Shown: positions 1-14,000 of the stretch, one piece after another | Position numbering within the stretch: the first letter of the stretch is position 1 | Layout of the letters: each line of letters starts with the position of its first letter | Source: Auanema rhodensis | Taxonomy: Eukaryota > Animalia > Nematoda | DNA length: 64,000 bases | Direction of reading: 5' to 3' | Assembly: GCA_964057225.1 (NCBI GenBank) | Contig: CAXKVF010000073.1 | Location: forward strand, 558,001-622,000 | The notes under the pieces: generated by a model | Database searches by the model: none | Told to the model about the DNA's origin: nothing | The model's input: only the letters and a program-made list of their open reading frames with translations | Translations under genes and position numbers: made by a program

Positions 1-3000
1 TCAAAGTCATGGTTACCATTCACCAATATCAATAAAAATTTGTTTTTAGACTAATATGGACATGGGGAATCTAATTTTGAAAACCGCATCTCTTTATCTT
101 TCACGTGAAGCGAGTTACATACCAAGTGCACATCACGTGTACATTTAATTAGCATAAATTAAAGTTCACGTAAATTTCAAAGTCATGGTTACCATGAACC
201 AATATCAATAAAAATTTGTTTTTAGACTAATATGGACATGGGGAATCTAATTTTGAAAACCGCATCTCTTTATCTTTCCGTGAAGCGAGTTACATACCAA
301 GTGCACATCACGTGTACATTTAATTAGCATAAATTAAAGTTCACGTAAATTTCAAAGTCATGGTTACCATGCACCAATATCAATAAAATTTTGTTTTTAG
401 ACTAATATGGACATGGGGAATCTAATTTTGAAAACCGCATCTCTTTATCTTTCACGTGAAGCGAGTTACATACCAAGTGCACATCACGTGTACATTTAAT
501 TAGCATAAATTAAAGTTCACGTAAATTTCAAAGTCATGGTTACCATGCACCAATATCAATAAAATTTTGTTTTTAGACTAATATGGACATGGGGAATCTA
601 ATTTTGAAAACAGCATCTCTTCATCTTTCACGTGAAGCGAGTTACATACCAAGTGCACATCACGTGTACATTTAATTAGCATAAATTAAAGTTCACGTAA
701 ATTTCAAAGTCATGGTTACCATGCACCAATATCAATAAAAATTTGTTTTTAGACTAATATGGACATGGGGAATCTAATTTTGAAAACCGCATCTCTTTAT
801 CTTTCACGTGAAGCGAGTTACATACCAAGTGCACATCACGTGTACATTTAATTAGCATAAATTAAAGTTCACGTAAATTTCAAAGTCATGGTTACCATGC
901 ACCAATATCAATAAAAATTTGTTTTTAGACTAATATGGACATGGGGAATCTAATTTTGAAAACCGCATCTCTTTATCTTTCACGTGAAGCGAGTTACATA
1001 CCAAGTGCACATCACGTGTACATTTAATTAGCATAAATTAAAGTTCACGTAAATTTCAAAGTCATGGTTACCATACACCAATATCAATAAAAATTTGTTT
1101 TTAGACTAATATGGACATGGGGAATCTAATTTTGAAAACCGCATCTCTTTATCTTTCACGTGAAGCGAGTTACATACCAAGTGCACATCACGTGTACATT
1201 TAATTAGCATAAATTAAAGTTCACGTAAATTTCAAAGTCATGGTTACCATGCACCAATATCAATAAAAATTTGTTTTTAGACTAATATGGACATGGGGAA
1301 TCTAATTTTGAAAACCGCATCTCTTTATCTTTCACGTGAAGCGAGTTACATACCAAGTGCACATCACGTGTACATTTAATTAGCATAAATTAAAGTTCAC
1401 GTAAATTTCAAAGTCATGGTTACCATGAACCAATATCAATAAAAATTTGTTTTCAGACTAATATGGACATGGGGAATCTAATTTTGAAAACCGCATCTCT
1501 TTATCTTTCACGTGAAGCGAGTTACATACCAAGTGCACATCACGTGTACATTTAATTAGCATAAATTAAAGTTCACGTAAATTTCAAAGTCATGGTTACC
1601 ATGCACCAATATCAATAAAAATTTGTTTTTAGACTAATATGGAAATGGGGAATCTAATTTTGAAAACCGCATCTCTTCATCTTTCACGTGAAGCGAGTTA
1701 CATACCAAGTGCACATCACGTGTACATTTAATTAGCATAAATTAAAGTTCACGTAAATTTCAAAGTCATGGTTACCATTCACCAATATCAATAAAAATTT
1801 GTTTTTAGACTAATATGGACATGGGGAATCTAATTTTGAAAACCGCATCTCTTTATCTTTCACGTGAAGCGAGTTACATACCAAGTGCACATCACGTGTA
1901 AATTTAATTAGCATAAATTAAAGTTCACGTAAATTTCAAAGTCATGGTTACCATTCACCAATATCAATAAAAATTTGTTTTTAGACTAATATGGACATGG
2001 GGAATCTAATTTTGAAAACCGCATCTCTTTATCTTTCACGTGAAGCGAGTTACATACCAAGTGCACATCACGTGTACATTTAATTAGCATAAATTAAAGT
2101 TCACGTAAATTTCAAAGTCATGGTTACCATGCACCAATATCAATAAAATTTTGTTTTTAGACTAATATGGACATGGGGAATCTAATTTTGAAAACCGCAT
2201 CTCTTTATCTTTCACGTGAAGCGAGTTACATACCAAGTGCACATCACGTGTACATTTAATTAGCATAAATTAAAGTTCACGTAAATTTCAAAGTCATGGT
2301 TACCATACACCAATATCAATAAAAATTTGTTTTTAGACTAATATGGACATGGGGAATCTAATTTTGAAAACCGCATCTCTTTATCTTTCACGTGAAGCGA
2401 GTTACATACCAAGTGCACATCACGTGTACATTTAATTAGCATAAATTAAAGTTCACGTAAATTTCAAAGTCATGGTTACCATGCACCAATATCAATAACA
2501 ATTTGTTTTTAGACTAATATGGACATGGGGAATCTAATTTTGAAAACCGCATCTCTTTATCTTTCACGTGAAGCGAGTTACATACCAAGTGCACATCACG
2601 TGTACATTTAATTAGCATAAATTAAAGTTCACGTAAATTTCAAAGTCATGGTTACCATGAACCAATATCAATAAAAATTTGTTTTCAGACTAATATGGAC
2701 ATGGGGAATCTAATTTTGAAAACCGCATCTCTTTATCTTTCACGTGAAGCGAGTTACATACCAAGTGCACATCACGTGTACATTTAATTTGCATAAATTA
2801 AAGTTCACGTAAATTTCAAAGTCATGGTTACCATGCACCAATATCAATAAAAATTTGTTTTTAGACTAATATGGACATGGGGAATCTAATTTTGAAAACC
2901 GCATCTCTTTATCTTTCACGTGAAGCGAGTTACATACCAAGTGCACATCACGTGTACATTTAATTAGCATAAATTAAAGTTCACGTAAATTTCAAAGTCA

Positions 3001-6000
3001 TGGTTACCATGCACCAATATCAATAAAAATTTGTTTTTAGACTAATATGGACATGGGGAATCTAATTTTGAAAACCGCATTTCTTTATCTTTCACGTGAA
3101 GCGAGTTACATACCAAGTGCACATCACGTGTACATTTAATTAGCATAAATTAAAGTTCACGTAAATTTCAAAGTCATGGTTACCATGCACCAATATCAAT
3201 AAAATTTTGTTTTTAGACTAATATGGACATGGGGAATCTAATTTTGAAAACCGCATCTCTTTATCTTTCACGTGAAGCGAGTTACATACCAAGTGCACAT
3301 CACGTGTACATTTAATTAGCATAAATTAAAGTTCACGTAAATTTCAAAGTCATGGTTACCATACACCAATATCAATAAAAATTTGTTTTTAGACTAATAT
3401 GGACATGGGGAATCTAATTTTGAAAACCGCATCTCTTTATCTTTCACGTGAAGCGAGTTACATACCAAGTGCACATCACGTGTACATTTAATTAGCATAA
3501 ATTAAAGTTCACGTAAATTTCAAAGTCATGGTTACCATGCACCAATATCAATAACAATTTGTTTTTAGACTAATATGGACATGGGGAATCTAATTTTGAA
3601 AACCGCATCTCTTTATCTTTCACGTGAAGCGAGTTACATACCAAGTGCACATCACGTGTACATTTAATTAGCATAAATTAAAGTTCACGTAAATTTCAAA
3701 GTCATGGTTACCATGAACCAATATCAATAAAAATTTGTTTTCAGACTAATATGGACATGGGGAATCTAATTTTGAAAACCGCATCTCTTTATCTTTCACT
3801 TGAAGCGAGTTACATACCAAGTGCACATCACGTGTACATTTAATTTGCATAAATTAAAGTTCACGTAAATTTCAAAGTCATGGTTACCATGCACCAATAT
3901 CAATAAAAATTTGTTTTTAGACTAATATGGACATGGGGAATCTAATTTTGAAAACCGCATCTCTTCATCTTTCACGTGAAGCGAGTTACATACCAAGTGC
4001 ACATCACGTGTACATTTAATTAGCATAAATTAAAGTTCACGTAAATTTCAAAGTCATGGTTACCATTCACCAATATCAATAAAAATTTGTTTTTAGACTA
4101 ATATGGACATGGGGAATCTAATTTTGAAAACCGCATCTCTTTATCTTTCACGTGAAGCGAGTTACATACCAAGTGCACATCACGTGTACATTTAATTAGC
4201 ATAAATTAAAGTTCACGTAAATTTCAAAGTCATGGTTACCATGAACCAATATCAATAAAAATTTGTTTTTAGACTAATATGGACATGGGGAATCTAATTT
4301 TGAAAACCGCATCTCTTTATCTTTCCGTGAAGCGAGTTACATACCAAGTGCACATCACGTGTACATTTAATTAGCATAAATTAAAGTTCACGTAAATTTC
4401 AAAGTCATGGTTACCATGCACCAATATCAATAAAATTTTGTTTTTAGACTAATATGGACATGGGGAATCTAATTTTGAAAACCGCATCTCTTTATCTTTC
4501 ACGTGAAGCGAGTTACATACCAAGTGCACATCACGTGTACATTTAATTAGCATAAATTAAAGTTCACGTAAATTTCAAAGTCATGGTTACCATGCACCAA
4601 TATCAATAAAATTTTGTTTTTAGACTAATATGGACATGGGGAATCTAATTTTGAAAACAGCATCTCTTCATCTTTCACGTGAAGCGAGTTACATACCAAG
4701 TGCACATCACGTGTACATTTAATTAGCATAAATTAAAGTTCACGTAAATTTCAAAGTCATGGTTACCATGCACCAATATCAATAAAAATTTGTTTTTAGA
4801 CTAATATGGACATGGGGAATCTAATTTTGAAAACCGCATCTCTTTATCTTTCACGTGAAGCGAGTTACATACCAAGTGCACATCACGTGTACATTTAATT
4901 AGCATAAATTAAAGTTCACGTAAATTTCAAAGTCATGGTTACCATGCACCAATATCAATAAAAATTTGTTTTTAGACTAATATGGACATGGGGAATCTAA
5001 TTTTGAAAACCGCATCTCTTTATCTTTCACGTGAAGCGAGTTACATACCAAGTGCACATCACGTGTACATTTAATTAGCATAAATTAAAGTTCACGTAAA
5101 TTTCAAAGTCATGGTTACCATACACCAATATCAATAAAAATTTGTTTTTAGACTAATATGGACATGGGGAATCTAATTTTGAAAACCGCATCTCTTTATC
5201 TTTCACGTGAAGCGAGTTACATACCAAGTGCACATCACGTGTACATTTAATTAGCATAAATTAAAGTTCACGTAAATTTCAAAGTCATGGTTACCATGCA
5301 CCAATATCAATAAAAATTTGTTTTTAGACTAATATGGACATGGGGAATCTAATTTTGAAAACCGCATCTCTTTATCTTTCACGTGAAGCGAGTTACATAC
5401 CAAGTGCACATCACGTGTACATTTAATTAGCATAAATTAAAGTTCACGTAAATTTCAAAGTCATGGTTACCATGAACCAATATCAATAAAAATTTGTTTT
5501 CAGACTAATATGGACATGGGGAATCTAATTTTGAAAACCGCATCTCTTTATCTTTCACGTGAAGCGAGTTACATACCAAGTGCACATCACGTGTACATTT
5601 AATTAGCATAAATTAAAGTTCACGTAAATTTCAAAGTCATGGTTACCATGCACCAATATCAATAAAAATTTGTTTTTAGACTAATATGGAAATGGGGAAT
5701 CTAATTTTGAAAACCGCATCTCTTCATCTTTCACGTGAAGCGAGTTACATACCAAGTGCACATCACGTGTACATTTAATTAGCATAAATTAAAGTTCACG
5801 TAAATTTCAAAGTCATGGTTACCATTCACCAATATCAATAAAAATTTGTTTTTAGACTAATATGGACATGGGGAATCTAATTTTGAAAACCGCATCTCTT
5901 TATCTTTCACGTGAAGCGAGTTACATACCAAGTGCACATCACGTGTAAATTTAATTAGCATAAATTAAAGTTCACGTAAATTTCAAAGTCATGGTTACCA

Positions 6001-8000
6001 TTCACCAATATCAATAAAAATTTGTTTTTAGACTAATATGGACATGGGGAATCTAATTTTGAAAACCGCATCTCTTTATCTTTCACGTGAAGCGAGTTAC
6101 ATACCAAGTGCACATCACGTGTACATTTAATTAGCATAAATTAAAGTTCACGTAAATTTCAAAGTCATGGTTACCATGCACCAATATCAATAAAATTTTG
6201 TTTTTAGACTAATATGGACATGGGGAATCTAATTTTGAAAACCGCATCTCTTTATCTTTCACGTGAAGCGAGTTACATACCAAGTGCACATCACGTGTAC
6301 ATTTAATTAGCATAAATTAAAGTTCACGTAAATTTCAAAGTCATGGTTACCATACACCAATATCAATAAAAATTTGTTTTTAGACTAATATGGACATGGG
6401 GAATCTAATTTTGAAAACCGCATCTCTTTATCTTTCACGTGAAGCGAGTTACATACCAAGTGCACATCACGTGTACATTTAATTAGCATAAATTAAAGTT
6501 CACGTAAATTTCAAAGTCATGGTTACCATGCACCAATATCAATAACAATTTGTTTTTAGACTAATATGGACATGGGGAATCTAATTTTGAAAACCGCATC
6601 TCTTTATCTTTCACGTGAAGCGAGTTACATACCAAGTGCACATCACGTGTACATTTAATTAGCATAAATTAAAGTTCACGTAAATTTCAAAGTCATGGTT
6701 ACCATGAACCAATATCAATAAAAATTTGTTTTCAGACTAATATGGACATGGGGAATCTAATTTTGAAAACCGCATCTCTTTATCTTTCACGTGAAGCGAG
6801 TTACATACCAAGTGCACATCACGTGTACATTTAATTTGCATAAATTAAAGTTCACGTAAATTTCAAAGTCATGGTTACCATGCACCAATATCAATAAAAA
6901 TTTGTTTTTAGACTAATATGGACATGGGGAATCTAATTTTGAAAACCGCATCTCTTTATCTTTCACGTGAAGCGAGTTACATACCAAGTGCACATCACGT
7001 GTACATTTAATTAGCATAAATTAAAGTTCACGTAAATTTCAAAGTCATGGTTACCATGCACCAATATCAATAAAATTTTGTTTTTAGACTAATATGGACA
7101 TGGGGAATCTAATTTTGAAAACCGCATCTCTTTATCTTTCACGTGAAGCGAGTTACATACCAAGTGCACATCACGTGTACATTTAATTAGCATAAATTAA
7201 AGTTCACGTAAATTTCAAAGTCATGGTTACCATGCACCAATATCAATAAAATTTTGTTTTTAGACTAATATGGACATGGGGAATCTAATTTTGAAAACCG
7301 CATCTCTTTATCTTTCACGTGAAGCGAGTTACATACCAAGTGCACATCACGTGTACATTTAATTAGCATAAATTAAAGTTCACGTAAATTTCAAAGTCAT
7401 GGTTACCATACACCAATATCAATAAAAATTTGTTTTTAGACTAATATGGACATGGGGAATCTAATTTTGAAAACCGCATCTCTTTATCTTTCACGTGAAG
7501 CGAGTTACATACCAAGTGCACATCACGTGTACATTTAATTAGCATAAATTAAAGTTCACGTAAATTTCAAAGTCATGGTTACCATGCACCAATATCAATA
7601 ACAATTTGTTTTTAGACTAATATGGACATGGGGAATCTAATTTTGAAAACCGCATCTCTTTATCTTTCACGTGAAGCGAGTTACATACCAAGTGCACATC
7701 ACGTGTACATTTAATTAGCATAAATTAAAGTTCACGTAAATTTCAAAGTCATGGTTACCATGAACCAATATCAATAAAAATTTGTTTTCAGACTAATATG
7801 GACATGGGGAATCTAATTTTGAAAACCGCATCTCTTTATCTTTCACGTGAAGCGAGTTACATACCAAGTGCACATCACGTGTACATTTAATTTGCATAAA
7901 TTAAAGTTCACGTAAATTTCAAAGTCATGGTTACCATGCACCAATATCAATAAAAATTTGTTTTTAGACTAATATGGACATGGGGAATCTAATTTTGAAA
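1..8000. repeat. 23-monomer (4047-bp) higher-order tandem duplication containing a nested 6-monomer unit
   Basis: Rare variants recur 4047 bp apart: TTTCCGTG deletion at 278/4325, AAACAGCATC at ~611/~4658, GGAAATGG at ~1641/~5688. The AATAACAA variant recurs 1056 bp apart (~2498/~3554; ~6545/~7601). Confidence 0.85.
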
Positions 8001-11000
8001 ACCGCATCTCTTTATCTTTCACGTGAAGCGAGTTACATACCAAGTGCACATCACGTGTACATTTAATTAGCATAAATTAAAGTTCACGTAAATTTCAAAG
8101 TCATGGTTACCATGCACCAATATCAATAAAAATTTGTTTTTAGACTAATATGGACATGGGGAATCTAATTTTGAAAACCGCATCTCTTTATCTTTCACGT
8201 GAAGCGAGTTACATACCAAGTGCACATCACGTGTACATTTAATTAGCATAAATTAAAGTTCACGTAAATTTCAAAGTCATGGTTACCATGCACCAATATC
8301 AATAAAAATTTGTTTTTAGACTAATATGGACATGGGGAATCTAATTTTGAAAACCGCATCTCTTCATCTTTCACGTGAAGCGAGTTACATACCAAGTGCA
8401 CATCACGTGTACATTTAATTAGCATAAATTAAAGTTCACGTAAATTTCAAAGTCATGGTTACCATGCACCAATATCAATAAAAATTTGTTTTTAGACTAA
8501 TATGGACATGGGGAATATAATTTTGAAAACCGCATCTCTTTATCTTTCACGTGAAGCGAGTTTCATACCAAGTGCACATCACGTGTACATTTAATTAGCA
8601 TAAATTAAAGTTCACGTAAATTTCAAAGTCATGGTTACCATGCACCAATATCAATAAAAATTTGTTTTTAGACTAATATGGACATGGGGAATCTAATTTT
8701 GAAAACCGCATCTCTTTATCTTTCACGTGAAGCGAGTTACATACCAAGTGCACATCACGTGTACATTTAATTAGCATAAATTAAAGTTCACGTAAATTTC
8801 AAAGTCATGGTTACCATGCACCAATATCAATAAAAATTTGTTTTTAGACTAATATGGACATGGGGAATCTAATTTTGAAAACCGCATCTCTTTATCTTTC
8901 ACGTGAAGCGAGTTACATACCAAGTGCACATCACGTGTACATTTAATTAGCATAAATTAAAGTACACGTAAATTTCAAAGTCATGGTTACCATGAACCAA
9001 TATCAATAAAAATTTGTTTTTAGACTAATATGGACATGGGGAATCTAATTTTGAAAACCGCATCTCTTTATCTTTTACGTGAAGCGAGTTACATACCAAG
9101 TGCACATCACGTGTACATTTAATTAGCATAAATTAAAGTTCACGTAAATTTCAAAGTCATGGTTACCATGAACCAATATCAATAAAAATTTGTTTTCAGA
9201 CTAATATGGACATGGGGAATCTAATTTTGAAAACCGCATCTCTTTATCTTTCACGTGAAGCGAGTTACATACCAAGTGCACATCACGTGTACATTTAATT
9301 AGCATAAATTAAAATTCACGTAAATTTCAAAGTCATGGTTACCATGCACCAATATCAATAAAAATTTGTTTTTAGACTAATATGGACATGGGGAATCTAA
9401 TTTTGAAAACCGCATCTCTTTATCTTTCACGTGAAGCGAGTTACATACCAAGTGCACATCACGTGTACATTTAATTAGCATAAATTAAAGTTCACGTAAA
9501 TTTCAAAGTCATGGTTACCATACACCAATATCAATAAAAATTTGTTTTTAGACTAATATGGACATGGGGAATCTAATTTTGAAAACCGCATCTCTTTATC
9601 TTTCACGTGAAGCGAGTTACATACCAAGTGCACATCACGTGTACATTTAATTAGCATAAATTAAAGTTCACGTAAATTTCAAAGTCATGGTTACCATGCA
9701 CCAATATCAATAACAATTTGTTTTTAGACTAATATGGACATGGGGAATCTAATTTTGAAAACCGCATCTCTTTATCTTTCACGTGAAGCGAGTTACATAC
9801 CAAGTGCACATCACGTGTACATTTAATTAGCATAAATTAAAGTTCACGTAAATTTCAAAGTCATGGTTACCATGCACCAATATCAATAAAAATTTGTTTT
9901 CAGACTAATATGGACATGGGGAATCTAATTTTGAAAACCGCATCTCTTTATCTTTCACGTGAAGCGAGTTACATACCAAGTGCACATCACGTGTACATTT
10001 AATTTGCATAAATTAAAGTTCACGTAAATTTCAAAGTCATGGTTACCATGCACCAATATCAATAAAAATTTGTTTTTAGACTAATATGGACATGGGGAAT
10101 CTAATTTTGAAAACCGCATCTCTTTATCTTTCACGTGAAGCGAGTTACATACCAAGTGCACATCACGTGTACATTTAATTAGCATAAATTAAAGTTCACG
10201 TAAATTTCAAAGTCATGGTTACCATGCACCAATATCAATAAAAATTTGTTTTTAGACTAATATGGACATGGGGAATCTAATTTTGAAAACCGCATCTCTT
10301 TATCTTTCACGTGAAGCGAGTTACATACCAAGTGCACATCACGTGTACATTTAATTAGCATAAATTAAAGTTCACGTAAATTTCAAAGTCATGGTTACCA
10401 TGCACCAATATCAATAAAAATTTGTTTTTAGACTAATATGGACATGGGGAATCTAATTTTGAAAACCGCATCTCTTCATCTTTCACGTGAAGCGAGTTAC
10501 ATACCAAGTGCACATCACGTGTACATTTAATTAGCATAAATTAAAGTTCACGTAAATTTCAAAGTCATGGTTACCATGCACCAATATCAATAAAAATTTG
10601 TTTTTAGACTAATATGGACATGGGGAATCTAATTTTGAAAACCGCATCTCTTTATCTTTCACGTGAAGCGAGTTACATACCAAGTGCACATCACGTGTAC
10701 ATTTAATTAGCATAAATTAAAGTTCACGTAAATTTCAAAGTCATGGTTACCATGAACCAATATCAATAAAAATTTGTTTTTAGACTAATATGGACATGGG
10801 GAATCTAATTTTGAAAACCGCATCTCTTTATCTTTCACGTGAAGCGAGTTACATACCAAGTGCACATCACGTGTACATTTAATTAGCATAAATTAAAGTT
10901 CACGTAACTTTCAAAGTCATGGTTACCATGCACCAATATCAATAAAAATTTGTTTTTAGACTAATATGGACATGGGGAATATAATTTTGAAAACCGCATC

Positions 11001-14000
11001 TCTTTATCTTTCACGTGAAGCGAGTTTCATACCAAGTGCACATCACGTGTACATTTAATTAGCATAAATTAAAGTTCACGTAAATTTCAAAGTCATGGTT
11101 ACCATGCACCAATATCAATAAAAATTTGTTTTTAGACTAATATGGACATGGGGAATCTAATTTTGAAAACCGCATCTCTTTATCTTTCACGTGAAGCGAG
11201 TTACATACCAAGTGCACATCACGTGTACATTTAATTAGCATAAATTAAAGTTCACGTAAATTTCAAAGTCATGGTTACCATGAAGCAATATCAATAAAAA
11301 TTTGTTTTTAGACTAATATGGACATGGGGAATCTAATTTTGAAAACCGCATCTCTTTATCTTTCACGTGAAGCGAGTTACATACCAAGTGCACATCACGT
11401 GTACATTTAATTAGCATAAATTAAAGTTCACGTAAATTTCAAAGTCATGGTTACCATGCACCAATATCAATAAAAATTTGTTTTTAGACTAATATGGACA
11501 TGGGGAATCTAATTTTGAAAGACGCATCTCTTTATCTTTCACGTGAAGCGAGTTACATACCAAGTGCACATCACGTGTACATTTAATTAGCATAAATTAA
11601 AGTTCACGTAAATTTCAAAGTCATGGTTACCATGAACCAATATCAATAAAAATTTGTTTTTAGATTAATATGGACATGGGGAATCTAATTTTGAAAACCG
11701 CATCTCTTTATCTTTCACGTGAAGCGAGTTACATACCAAGTGCCCATCACGTGTACATTTAATTAGCATAAATTAAAGTTCACGTAAATTTCAAAGTCAT
11801 GGTTACCATGCACCAATATCAATAAAAATTTGTTTTTAGACTAATATGGACATGGGGAATCTAATTTTGAAAACCGCATCTCCTTATCTTTCACGTGAAG
11901 CGAGTTACATACCAAGTGCACATCACGTGTACATTTAATTAGCATAAATTAAAGTTCACGTAAATTTCAAAGTCATGGTTACCATGCACCAATATCAATA
12001 AAAATTTGTTTTTAGACTAATATGGACATGGGGAATCTAATTTTGAAAACCGCATCTCTTCATCTTTCACGTGAAGCGAGTTACATACCAAGTGCACATC
12101 ACGTGTACATTTAATTAGCATAAATTAAAGTTCACGTAAATTTCAAAGTCATGGTTACCATGCACCAATGTCAATAAAAATTTGTTTTTAGACTAATATG
12201 GACATGGGGAATCTAATTTTGAAAACCGCATCTCTTCATCTTTCACGTGAAGCGAGTTACATACCAAGTGCACATCACGTGTACATTTAATTAGCATAAA
12301 TTAAAGTTCACGTAAATTTCAAAGTCATGGTTACCATGCACCAATATCAATAAAAATTTGTTTTTAGACTAATATGGACATGGGGAATCTAATTTTGAAA
12401 ACCGCATCTCTTCATCTTTCACGTGAAGCGAGTTACATACCAAGTGCACATCACGTGTACATTTAATTAGCATAAATTAAAGTTCACGTAAATTTCAAAG
12501 TCATGGTTACCATGCACCAATATCAATAAAAATTTGTTTTTAGACTAATATGGACATGGGGAATCTAATTTTGAAAACCGCATCTCTCTATCTTTCACGT
12601 GAAGCGAGTTACATACCAAGTGCACATCACGTGTACATTTAATTAGCATAAATTAAAGTTCACGTAAATTTCAAAGTCATGGTTACCATGAACCAATATC
12701 AATAAAAATTTGTTTTTAGACTAATATGGACATGGGGAATCTAATTTTGAAAACCGCATCTCTTTATCTTTCACGTGAAGCGAGTTACATACCAAGTGCA
12801 CATCACGTGTACATTTAATTAGCTTAAATTAAAGTTCACGTAAATTTCAAAGTCATGGTTACCATGAACCAATATCAATAAAAATTTGTTTTTAGACTAA
12901 TATGGACATGGGGAATCTAATTTTGAAAACCGCATCTTTTTATCTTTCACGTGAAGCGAGTTACATACCAAGTGCACATCACGTGTACATTTAATTAGCA
13001 TAAATTAAAGTTCACGTAAATTTCAAAGTCATGGTTACCATGCACCAATATCAATAAAAATTTGTTTTTAGACTAATATGGACATGGGGAATCTAATTTT
13101 GAAAACCGCATCTCTTTATCTTTCACGTGAAGCGAGTTACATACCAAGTGCACATCACGTGTACATTTAATTAGCATAAATTAAAGTTCACGTAAATTTC
13201 AAAGTCATGGTTACCATGCACCAATATCAATAAAAATTTGTTTTTAGACTAATATGGACATGGGGAATCTAATTTTGAAAACCGCATCTCTTTATCTTTC
13301 ACGTGAAGCGAGTTACATACCAAGTGCACATCACGTGTACATTTAATTAGCATAAATTAAAGTTCACGTAAATTTCAAAGTCATGGTTACCATGAACCAA
13401 TATCAATAAAAATTTGTTTTTAGACTAATATGGACATGGGGAATCTAATTTTGAAAACCGCATCTCTTTATCTTTCACGTGAAGCGAGTTACATACCAAG
13501 TGCACATCACGTATGAATTTAATTAGCATAAATTAAAGTTCACGTAAATTTCAAAGTCATGGTTACCATGAACCAATATCAATAAAAATTTGTTTTTAGA
13601 CTAATATGGACATGGGGAATCTAATTTTGAAAACCGCATCTCTTTATCTTTCACGTGAAGCGAGTTACATACCAAGTGCACATCACGTGTACATTTAATT
13701 AGCATAAATTAAAGTTCACGTAAATTTCAAAGTCATGGTTACCATGCACCAATATCGATAAAAATTTGTTTTTAGACTAATATGGACATGGGGAATCTAA
13801 TTTTGAAAACCGCATCTCTTTATCTTTCACGTGAAGCGAGTTACATACCAAGTGCACATCACGTGTACATTTAATTAGCATAAATTAAAGTTCACGTAAA
13901 TTTCAAAGTCATGGTTACCATGAACCAATATCAATAAAAATTTGTTTTTAGACTAATATGGACATGGGGAATCTAATTTTGAAAACCGCATCTCTTTATC

